A stretch of DNA of 40,000 bases, from assembly GCF_003957745.1 (NCBI RefSeq), contig NZ_CP020373.1, forward strand, positions 43,763 to 83,762, written 5' to 3'. Both the position numbers and the translations under genes were made by a program. Below the pieces are notes generated by a model that did not search any database, was not told the DNA's origin, and saw nothing but the letters and a program-made list of their open reading frames with translations. Shown piece after piece: positions 27,665-35,684 of this stretch; the first letter of the stretch is position 1; each line of letters opens with the position of its first letter. The stretch is from Shewanella khirikhana. GTDB taxonomy: Bacteria > Pseudomonadota > Gammaproteobacteria > Enterobacterales > Shewanellaceae.

Positions 27665-28371
27665 GTTGATTCCCTCTTGCCCTGTGTGAGCGGAGCTCAC
27701 GACTTTCGCCAAGCGCAACTTGGCATTAACCCCTAAACCGTAGTTAGGGCGGTAACCCTTATCTCCAGGCATAGCTACCGCACGGCGCGTTTCGTCTGTG
27801 AAACGCATCTTCAACAAAAAACATTTTTAAAACAACATCAAAGCTAACAGTTTGGCGGTGGCGAAACCTTGGTTGAGGTCAAAAAACACGCCAAAGCCCA
27901 TAGTGGCTGATTGGAGGGAAAAACGAGGAGGTTAAGTAACAGAAAGCCTTCCTTGCTGCTTAGAGCCGAATAGCCAGACGCTAACGGCGCTGCGCATCTT
28001 CCCTGATCCACACTGTTGATTTGATAGCTTGATTGCGACCTGCAAAGCCTATGGCTGACCTGAACTGCAAGTTGATTTAGCAAACCCTTAAGCTGGCTTA
28101 ATAATCAGATGCTTATCAGCTGAAAGTACATCAATCAAAAAGTGGAACCAGACTACCGTATGGTGTTTTAACAGGCAAGTGTTGGCTGCGGTAAATCACG
28201 AAGCAGATTAAGGAGCTGGTGAGTGCTTCTTTCTTTGTTTATTTCTTTCTTCCTTCCTTGAGATAGGGCGGCTCTGCAAACGGCTGCTATCGACTTTCGG
28301 ACCGTAAAAAGAAAACCCCGGACTGTGCCGGGGTTTTGCTTGGTGTCACTGTGTGGCAAAGAGCATGCTAC
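27665..28371. repeat. Right copy of the roughly 0.7-kb direct repeat (partner at 16120-16860)
   Basis: See the left-copy entry. The copies are colinear with an offset of about 11.51-11.55 kb. This copy ends 10 nt before the stop codon of the Tim44-like gene. Confidence 0.9.
28312..28337 (-). terminator. Rho-independent terminator of the Tim44-like gene (hairpin family copy 3)
   Basis: aaaaccccgg-actgtg-ccggggtttt. On the minus strand it is followed by ctttttac. It lies about 45 nt downstream of the stop at 28381. Confidence 0.75.
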
Positions 28372-28380
28372 TGCGCGCTT

Positions 28381-29268
28381 TTATTGCTGGATGCCCACAA
28401 TCAGCCAGGGGGCGTTGGCATGCAGCAGGTTTCGCTCCAAATGCCAGACTTCCTTGATGTCTTCTTCTACCCCTTCAACGGCATCGCGGTAGCGGCCGCT
28501 GAATTTTACGCTCACTTCGGCAAGCGCGTTGTTGTAGGTGGCGCGCACCAGTTCGGCGTCGAGGAACATCACTTCGGTGTGCTGCTGGCCATCGAGTTCA
28601 CGGCGTTGCTGGCTGAGTTCGTTAAAGAGCTCAATCGACACGTATTCCTGAATTTTGTTCAGATCGCCCTCATTCCAGGCCTGTTGCAGGGTTTTGTAGT
28701 GGCCGCGGGCGCCTTCCAAAAAGGCGGCTAAATCGAAACCCGGCGGCAAGTGAAATGGCACTGTGCTCTGGGGCTGGGCAAAACCGCTGTTGCCGCTATG
28801 GCCACCAAAGGCGGCAGGCTCAGACTGCTGGCGATAAAGGTCCTGGCCAGGTGCGGCGCTGGCTTGCCCTACACCTGAATAGGCTGGTCTTGGCTGCGCC
28901 TGTGCTTTGGAGGCCATCAGCATGCGGATGACTTTAAACAGCACGAAGGCAAGCAAGGCGATGATCACTATGTCCATAATCTGGATGTTTTCAAAACCTT
29001 CGCCCATAAAGAGTGCCGCCAGTAAGCCACCCGCCAGCAGGCCGCCGAGCATACCGCCCATCATGCCTTTTTTAGCCGCAGGTGCTGCCGTGGCAGGTGC
29101 AGCAGGGGTATTGGTAGCAGTGGTATTGGTGGCCGCAGGCTGCGACTGTGCCGTTTGCTGAGTCTTACCGGCAGATTTATTGCTGCCGAATTTCTTTGCT
29201 TCCACCACAGGGCTGGTTGCCAGGCTGACGGCAAAAAACATCGCCAGCATAATGAATAACTTTTTCAT
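28381..29268 (-). CDS. Tim44-like domain protein (membrane-anchored)
   Basis: 295 aa with a signal/anchor (MKKLFIMLAMFFAVSLA), a low-complexity T/A/P-rich linker and a glycine-zipper TM (MMGGMLGGLLAGGLLAALFMG). The C-terminal Tim44-like region runs FDLAAFLEGARGHYKTLQQAWNEGDLNKIQEYVSIELFNEL...VWHLERN...PWLIVGIQQ. Confidence 0.75.
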   Translation of the reverse strand: MKKLFIMLAMFFAVSLATSPVVEAKKFGSNKSAGKTQQTAQSQPAATNTTATNTPAAPATAAPAAKKGMMGGMLGGLLAGGLLAALFMGEGFENIQIMDIVIIALLAFVLFKVIRMLMASKAQAQPRPAYSGVGQASAAPGQDLYRQQSEPAAFGGHSGNSGFAQPQSTVPFHLPPGFDLAAFLEGARGHYKTLQQAWNEGDLNKIQEYVSIELFNELSQQRRELDGQQHTEVMFLDAELVRATYNNALAEVSVKFSGRYRDAVEGVEEDIKEVWHLERNLLHANAPWLIVGIQQ

Positions 29269-30022
29269 TTATTCCATCTCTATTTTGAACGCCGAATGGC
29301 AGGCATCATAACGTCATGTTAGTTCATGTCAATGGTGATAAAAGTCGCATTAATAAGAAAACGCTGAATATTAAAAACCCTGCAGTTTAATTTAAGGTTG
29401 ATTTAAGCTTTAGGGTGTTTAAACCCGTTAGGTAAAGTGCCTGAGTCGTGCTGCGTCTTTTTTTTGCTATCAAGGTTGCAGGTATTTAATGTGTGATTGT
29501 TTAGGGTAAATTTAATTAAAAATTAAATGATATCAGTGCTATATCGGATTTCTTTTTTGGTTTTATCAAGTTTTTATTAATTGGTGGGATCGGATTGTTA
29601 TATTTTTAATGAGTAAGATGGCTGTGGCTCGCCAAGCTCTATATGGCGTATTGAACTTTTATCTTGCTACTAAGGTGTTGTGTATTAAGTTGGTTTGATT
29701 TTAGTCAGCATTGTGATTATAAAACGTCTTGTCTGGATTATTAAATTAAACCTTGATGAATGCTTGGTAGCCATAAAAATATAAAGACGCGCCTTAATAA
29801 TACTGTGGCACCAGCGAAATCGAGTGTTTTTTGGCGAGCCACAGGCGTAGGGCTGGCTGCTGTCGTTTGTGTTGAGGCCTGTGGATTAGGGAAGGTGCAG
29901 CTTGTCCGGTGCGCGCCATCAGTTTCTAGCTGTGCTAAAGTGCGCAGAGTCTCGCCGCTGACAGCCAAATGCTGAAAGCCTACTCGTCTTTAATATGAAT
30001 CGGCCTGTTATAAGAATCGCCC

Positions 30023-30496
30023 GTGAAAAAAATCGCCCTGTTTGTCGATGTACAAAACATCTATTACACCTGCCGTGAGGCGTATCAGCGCCAGTTTAAC
30101 TATCGCAAACTCTGGCAGCAGCTCTGTGCTGAGGGGGAAATTGTCAGCGCCTTTGCCTACGCCATTCATCGCGGCGACGATGGCCAGTTAAAGTTTCAGG
30201 ATGCCATGAGGCATATTGGGTTTGAGCTTAAGCTTAAACCCTTTATTCAGCGCAGCGACGGCTCGGCCAAGGGCGATTGGGATGTGGGCATTACCATAGA
30301 TGTGCTGGAGACAGCGCCCGAGGTGGATTGCGTGATACTGCTGTCGGGCGATGGTGATTTTGCCCTATTGCTTTCAAAGATAAGGCAAAAATATGGCGTT
30401 GAAGCCGAGGTGTATGGCGTGCCTACGCTCACCGCAAAATCCCTGATGGATGCGGCAAGCCGCTTTCATCCCATCGATGAGTCCTTACTGCTCTAA
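30023..30496 (+). CDS. NYN-domain (LabA/DUF88-like) putative RNase
   Basis: 157 aa with a GTG start. The motifs IALFVDVQNIYYT and VILLSGDGDFALLL are the acidic-residue motifs typical of NYN/LabA proteins. Confidence 0.75.
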   Translation: MKKIALFVDVQNIYYTCREAYQRQFNYRKLWQQLCAEGEIVSAFAYAIHRGDDGQLKFQDAMRHIGFELKLKPFIQRSDGSAKGDWDVGITIDVLETAPEVDCVILLSGDGDFALLLSKIRQKYGVEAEVYGVPTLTAKSLMDAASRFHPIDESLLL

Positions 30497-30555
30497 ACTC
30501 ACGCGCCTGCGTGCATCTGCTTTTCCGCCTTCGCTCTTTGCTTATTCCCCCGCGC

Positions 30556-30621
30556 TATCCACTTAGCCGCATACGCTTATCCACTTAGCCGCATACGCTT
30601 ATCTGGTTAGCCGCCTGCGTT
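30556..30621. repeat. 22-bp tandem repeat, 3 units (third degenerate)
   Basis: tatccacttagccgcatacgct occurs twice exactly (30556-30577 and 30578-30599), followed by tatctggttagccgcctgcgtt (30600-30621). It lies between the convergent NYN and globin genes. Confidence 0.9.
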
Positions 30622-30709
30622 CGTCTGCGTCGCCGCAGTTGCGCTGGTACTTGCCACTAAAAACCTGACTCTTGCGATATAGAATCTGTCGCAAGCGGCT
30701 TAAAAGTGG

Positions 30710-31123
30710 CTACTGATAGGTCACGTCGCCATACATGGGGGCAAGGCGTTTTAACAGGGCGTTGCGGGTCGATGTCGGAACGTCTGCATCCTTCATGGAT
30801 TCAATCAGGTGCCCCACCAGGGCATCAAAGTCGGCCTGAGTGATATTCAAACCCCGATGGCTGTCGGCCATATTTTCGCCCTGATAGACACAGCCACCAT
30901 CGGTAACAGCACACAGATGCTCGATAAGGCGCTCGCGGAATATCGCAATATCCGTTTCGTCGAAGTGGTGCACTATGCGGGGATCCCGTGCGATCCGCTC
31001 AAGTAATCCATCGACAATCTGGACGACGCCCACCTCGCCACCGAGGGCCTGATATAGGCTGGGCCGGCTGGTGTGTGGCGGGTGCCTGAGTATCGTTAGG
31101 CATAGCGCAGCCTGTGAGAGCAA
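30710..31123 (-). CDS. Group I truncated hemoglobin (trHbN-like)
   Basis: The globin 2-on-2 signature is SLYQALGGEVGVVQIVDGLLERIARDPRIVHHF...HRGLNITQADFDALVGHL. There is no in-frame ATG upstream of the globin core. The ORF-track start is a TTG at 31123 and an in-frame stop lies at 31181-31183, so the true start is uncertain. Confidence 0.7.
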   Translation of the reverse strand: MLSQAALCLTILRHPPHTSRPSLYQALGGEVGVVQIVDGLLERIARDPRIVHHFDETDIAIFRERLIEHLCAVTDGGCVYQGENMADSHRGLNITQADFDALVGHLIESMKDADVPTSTRNALLKRLAPMYGDVTYQ

Positions 31124-31460
31124 GTGCTGAGCGGCGCGATGGATCCCCAGTAATCGAGTGGCGCCATGGAACCCCAGTAATCAGCAGTCACAGCGGTTGC
31201 CAAGCTCAGGGCCAGCGGCAGTTTTGGTTAGCCGTTGCCGAATTGGCTGTCAGGACCAGATCCTGGCAACACCCGCAGCCATATGTACGAAAGTGCTAGT
31301 GTCTAGCCCTTAAGTGGCAATCCCGCCGATGTCGACTACCCTTATCCGTTCTCCTTGACCAAGGCAGGAGGGGTTGTTGTGGCAGGATGCGTTCGCGAAA
31401 CTCTGACCTGCATTCGTCTGGTTAGCAGGAGCTTATTCAAAGACGAAAAGGGAAATCAGT

Positions 31461-33752
31461 ATGCAAGTCAAATCACTCTCCACGGCATGGGGGCTGGGTG
31501 CGCTGGCGCTTTGCTCCGGCCTCACATTCAGCGGCGCTGCGCTTGCCGAGCAAATCAAAATCCAGAATGTGCACTTTGATGCCGACACTAATCAACTGTT
31601 GGTGAAAGCCAAAATCGATGGTCATCACCACAGGCAGGACAGCGCCGGTGATGCCTATATCGAGATTGTGGATGCGGCCAATCCGGGCTTTGTATTAAGT
31701 GCCTTTCAAACCCCAAAGCAAATCCACAGTAAAATCGATGCCGCGAGTCTCGCGTTTCTGCCGTGCCAGGTCGGCATAGTGGTTAATGGCGATATGGCCA
31801 ATATGGCGGTTGCCGATGTGAAAAACGTGCCCGCCAGTTGCGGCGGTTTTGCGGCCACCATCACCGGCTTGGTGACCGACGAGCCTATTCCTTATGCCAC
31901 AGTGTCTGTCACCCTCAATGGCAACACCTTTACCACGGTGGCGGATGAAAACGGCGCGTACAGCCTGGATGTGCTCACCACCAACATTGAGCAGCTGTTG
32001 CTGATTGAGTCGTCGGCCACCAATGCCGAAACCGGCGACAGCATCGACTTTGTCAATCTGGTGGGCAGCTTTTCCAGGGTGCTCAGTGAAGATGACCCCA
32101 TCAATGTGACTAACCTGACCACGGCCAAATACAGCCTGGTGCTTGAGGCCAATGGCGGCGAGCAACCGGCCACGCTGGCGGAACTGGAACAGGCCGAAAC
32201 CGCGGTGGACGCCACCGAGCTGTTTCAGCTGGCGGCCATTATCAAGTTGATTGTGGATGACCCCAATTATCAGCTGCCGGAAGGCTTTGACAGTATCCTC
32301 AGCTTTATCGCTGACGACGCCGCAGTAGAGACCTTTGTCGCCAGTACGCCACCTGAGACGCTGGAGCAGGCGCTTGCGGACATTCTGGCCGACAGCAATC
32401 TGGTGGCCGGGTTCAGTGCCGCCGATGTGCCCAGCCTCTATTACGCCATCAGCACCACCAGCCCAGGCTTTATGGCGCGAAGTGGTGCGGCGCTGGAATT
32501 TGATAATGTCACTATGACGGGCACAGATCTCAGGTTTCAGCAGTGGAACGGGCAGGCCATCAACGAAAGCTTTAACTGGCAGATAGCGAATGGCCGCATC
32601 GAGGCGAGCTACCCCAATGCGACCGTGACCGAGGAGCTGACCGACAGTATCGAATATGTGACCGACGACCCGGCAGAAATCGCCGCATACTATGCCGGGG
32701 GCGGCGTGACAGATCTGTTTGTGACCCGTCGCAGCCTGGTCCAGCGGGCCTACACCCGGGTGGTGGATGGCAGCCTGGTGGATCTGGTGTCGGTGGAGTC
32801 CCGCAGTGAAATTAACACCCCACCGATTTTGCTTAACGATGGCAGCACCCTCACCATAGCTCAGCCGAAACTACTGCTGGAAACTGCGACCCAAAACTTC
32901 CGGGCCAACTACGATATCGACAATATTCCCTTCGTTACCGGCTGCAGCTCGGGTGATACCTGCCTGGCTGGGCTTTGGGGCGGGCAATACCATTATTCTG
33001 AAGGGTTAAGGGTCTACGACGACTATCTGTTCCCCCATACTGCCTACGCCGATGCACTGCAGTTTGCTGCCAACGGCACAGTAATGGGCAAGCACTCCAA
33101 CGTGAGCGCCAATTGGCAGGTGGATGGGGCAGGAAGGCTGGTTATCACTTACGCCGATGGCATGACCCAGACCAGCCAAATTCTCGATAAGCTCGGCATT
33201 GAGTTGGGGGTGTTTTCGGTATTCGAGCACGGCGGTCAGCGTTTTGCCGTGTATGACATTTGGGTGAAGGGCGATGCCAGCATGCAACTGGGGGCGGCCG
33301 AGTTGCAGCCCAGTTCCGCCAGCCGTTTCTGGGTGGGGGAAATCAACAGCTGGCTGCCGGGCTCGGTGGATGCCATGGGGCTGCTCAGTTACGAGCGCCT
33401 GTGGGGCTGGCAGTTCAATGGCGCTGAAGTGCAAAACACCTTTGCCAGCGGCGATTGGAGCGCGCCGGATGAAAATGGCCTCAGCAGTATTCCCTTCGTT
33501 CAGGCCGCACCTGTGCCCTATCAGGTCGAAACTGACTATGTGCGAATCGATCGCTTACCCTTCGCGCAGCGCTACTGGTACCCGATTAACAGCCAGATGA
33601 TTGATGGTGAGCGGGTGTTTTATGTGGTGGAGCGTGAGGAGCGGGATGGCGAGGTCTATGGTCGTGCCCCCGGCTTTCGCACCTTTATTCCCGCCCGTAT
33701 CAACATAGAGCGTGAGCGGGATATGGCGGATTACACCAACGTGGCCCGTTGA
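31461..33752 (+). CDS. Large secreted hypothetical protein with a CarboxypepD_reg-like beta-sandwich
   Basis: 763 aa with a signal peptide (LGALALCSGLTFSGAALA). The segment ITGLVTDEPIPYATVSVTLNGNTFTTVADENGAYSLDV is typical of carboxypeptidase-regulatory-like domains. I do not recognise the rest. Confidence 0.7.
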   Translation: MQVKSLSTAWGLGALALCSGLTFSGAALAEQIKIQNVHFDADTNQLLVKAKIDGHHHRQDSAGDAYIEIVDAANPGFVLSAFQTPKQIHSKIDAASLAFLPCQVGIVVNGDMANMAVADVKNVPASCGGFAATITGLVTDEPIPYATVSVTLNGNTFTTVADENGAYSLDVLTTNIEQLLLIESSATNAETGDSIDFVNLVGSFSRVLSEDDPINVTNLTTAKYSLVLEANGGEQPATLAELEQAETAVDATELFQLAAIIKLIVDDPNYQLPEGFDSILSFIADDAAVETFVASTPPETLEQALADILADSNLVAGFSAADVPSLYYAISTTSPGFMARSGAALEFDNVTMTGTDLRFQQWNGQAINESFNWQIANGRIEASYPNATVTEELTDSIEYVTDDPAEIAAYYAGGGVTDLFVTRRSLVQRAYTRVVDGSLVDLVSVESRSEINTPPILLNDGSTLTIAQPKLLLETATQNFRANYDIDNIPFVTGCSSGDTCLAGLWGGQYHYSEGLRVYDDYLFPHTAYADALQFAANGTVMGKHSNVSANWQVDGAGRLVITYADGMTQTSQILDKLGIELGVFSVFEHGGQRFAVYDIWVKGDASMQLGAAELQPSSASRFWVGEINSWLPGSVDAMGLLSYERLWGWQFNGAEVQNTFASGDWSAPDENGLSSIPFVQAAPVPYQVETDYVRIDRLPFAQRYWYPINSQMIDGERVFYVVEREERDGEVYGRAPGFRTFIPARINIERERDMADYTNVAR

Positions 33753-33776
33753 CCCGTTGACCCGTTGACCCGTTGA
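33745..33776. repeat. 8-bp tandem repeat (CCCGTTGA)x4 overlapping the stop codon
   Basis: cccgttga cccgttga cccgttga cccgttga, read directly. The first unit contains the TGA stop of the 763-aa gene (33750-33752). Confidence 0.9.
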
Positions 33777-33788
33777 TTCTTAAGCCAA

Positions 33789-33818
33789 TAAAAAACCTCG
33801 CTGCGGCGAGGTTTTTTA
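33789..33818. terminator. Bidirectional rho-independent terminator
   Basis: aaaaaacctcgc-tgcg-gcgaggtttttt has an A-run on one side and a T-run on the other. It lies between the convergent 763-aa gene (+) and the MFS gene (-). Confidence 0.85.
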
Positions 33819-33839
33819 TTGATGGCAGGAGTCTGGCGG

Positions 33840-35381
33840 TTAGCTTTTGGGGCTCAGCGTCCCGGTCTTGTCGGCGCCGGGCTCTGCTTCAGGTGCTTTA
33901 TCCTGTGCGGCTTCGGCCGAGGGCGCTTGTTCGGTGACAAAGTCCTGCGCTTCGATAAAGCCGTTGCTGTTGTCGCTGCTGTTATCGCGAACACTGTCGC
34001 TGTCAATGTCATCGCGACTGTCATGGCCACTGTCTTGGTCGTCATCGCCATCATGCTCGTCTGAGTTGTTATCAGTGCTGTCGTCAGTGTCGGCCTGGCT
34101 GTCGGCATCTGCGCTATCGTCGCTGTTTGGGGTCATCTGTTCCTGCACAGATTCAATATCCACCCGCGGGTCGAGGGCGGCGGCAAGCGGTGAGGATACC
34201 AGATCGCCCGTTGCCATAATGTAGTCGTCGGTGGAGGGCACTTCGGCTTTCTGGCGGGCGCTGATGTAATTCAGCCCGGCAAACAGCACCAGGGTACAGG
34301 CAGACATAAAGCCGTAGAGCATGCTGTTGCCAAACCACTGCATCAGGGTAGAGGCGATTAATGGGCCGATACAGGCGCCAAGACCGAAGGTGAGCAAGAT
34401 GGTGGCCGACAGTCCCACCCGCTCGCTTTGTTCTACCCGCGAATTGGCCAGCGCCGTGGCCAGCGGATACAGGGTAAAGCCGAGAATACCGAACAGGAAG
34501 GTCATCACCAGCGCCAGCGTGGGCTGGTAAGGGGTGATGGCAATGCCGAGGGTGAGCACGCCCAGCAACAGGCAGTTGCTGCGAATAAGGCGGCTGCGGG
34601 ACATCTTGTCCGACAGCTTGCCCATGGGCCACTGGGCCAGCAGGCCTGCGGCTATGGTGGCGGTCATAAAGGTGGCCACCTGCTGAGGGTCCAGTCCAAG
34701 GTTACTGGCGTAGGCGGGCGCCAGGCCGTAAAAAGAGCCCACAATCATGCTGCCGATGGCAACTGTGGTCAGCGCCTGGGGCGCCTTTTTAAAGTAGTGA
34801 GTTACGTTGAGCGGCGCAGGCACCAGCGGCGCCGGGTGAATGCGGCGGGTAATGGCAATGGGCACAATACACAGGGCAAAACAGATGGCGATAAGCAAGA
34901 GTGGCTCAAGGCCCAGATCCGGATACAGACTGATGGCGCCCTGACCCAAAATCAGCGCCAGGTACGAGACAATCATATAGCTTGCGAACACGGCGCCGCG
35001 CTGGCTGTTGTCGGCCTGCTCGTTGAGCCAGCTTTCCAGCACCATGTACTGGCACATCATGCCAAGGCCGACCAAGAGGCGCAGCACAATCCAAATCGAC
35101 AGGTCGTCTACCAGTGCATGCCCAAGCGCCGAGGCGGTGACTATCCCGGCACTGGCGACAAAGGCGCGGATATGGCCAACCCGTGCAATGAGTTTGTGGC
35201 CAATTTTGGAGCCCGCCACCAGACCGGCGTAATAGGCCGACATCATGGCACCAATCCAAATCTGGGGCACAGCCATGGCCGAAAGCTTAAGGCCCAGATA
35301 GGTGGTCAACAGACCCCCGGCAAGAACCGTCAACAGGGTGGTACTGTACAGCGACGCGAAGGTGCGCAGTGGGTTAGTCAT
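33840..35381 (-). CDS. MFS transporter (YcaD-like) with a roughly 125-aa acidic, disordered C-terminal extension
   Basis: It has a 12-TM pattern over about 390 aa with motifs resembling E. coli YcaD (GLLAQWPMGKLSDK, FTLYPLA). The tail is PNSDDSADADSQADTDDSTDNNSDEHDGDDDQDSGHDSRDDIDSDSVRDNSSDNS.... Confidence 0.8.
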   Translation of the reverse strand: MTNPLRTFASLYSTTLLTVLAGGLLTTYLGLKLSAMAVPQIWIGAMMSAYYAGLVAGSKIGHKLIARVGHIRAFVASAGIVTASALGHALVDDLSIWIVLRLLVGLGMMCQYMVLESWLNEQADNSQRGAVFASYMIVSYLALILGQGAISLYPDLGLEPLLLIAICFALCIVPIAITRRIHPAPLVPAPLNVTHYFKKAPQALTTVAIGSMIVGSFYGLAPAYASNLGLDPQQVATFMTATIAAGLLAQWPMGKLSDKMSRSRLIRSNCLLLGVLTLGIAITPYQPTLALVMTFLFGILGFTLYPLATALANSRVEQSERVGLSATILLTFGLGACIGPLIASTLMQWFGNSMLYGFMSACTLVLFAGLNYISARQKAEVPSTDDYIMATGDLVSSPLAAALDPRVDIESVQEQMTPNSDDSADADSQADTDDSTDNNSDEHDGDDDQDSGHDSRDDIDSDSVRDNSSDNSNGFIEAQDFVTEQAPSAEAAQDKAPEAEPGADKTGTLSPKS

Positions 35382-35684
35382 CTACCGCTCCTTGTAAAAA
35401 TGCCTGGGAGAGTATAACAAGAATGCACCATTAGCTTATTGGATTTTCTACCAAAAGCCGATCTGGCGCTAACAATCCACTGGCAAAGACAACAGCAAAG
35501 CGCCGTGCCTGAGCGGCTTTACAACTTTTCACTGCAATTGCTGGACCCGACCTCGCGGCCGCAAATGCTAATCGGCTTGTGGTCTGTTATATCGGCAGTT
35601 GTTCTGTTGCCAAAAATGCCCCATCATAAATCCGTCATTTTTCCCGCCTAGGATGGCGGCTATTTATTTCTTTTTATTGGGCTT

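Noticed and set aside
16368-28359. Small ORFs inside the 0.7-kb direct repeats (16368..16565, 16613..16891, 27844..28083, 28168..28359, 15969..16295, 16012..16278).
   Set aside because: Indels between the two repeat copies break the frames, so the two copies encode unrelated peptides after MLNQL. There are no SD or domain features. I treat them as non-coding.
12048-28371. Interpretation of the whole region as a classical integron cassette array with attC sites.
   Set aside because: No intI integrase, attI or Pc is present in the window. The modules are multi-kb operons rather than typical about 0.5-1 kb cassettes. The repeat termini are direct rather than canonical RYYYAAC/GTTRRRY inverted cores, and the only integron-like pairing is the 12-bp inverted repeat around the Rex-like module, with off-consensus cores. 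I keep it only as a hypothesis for that one module.
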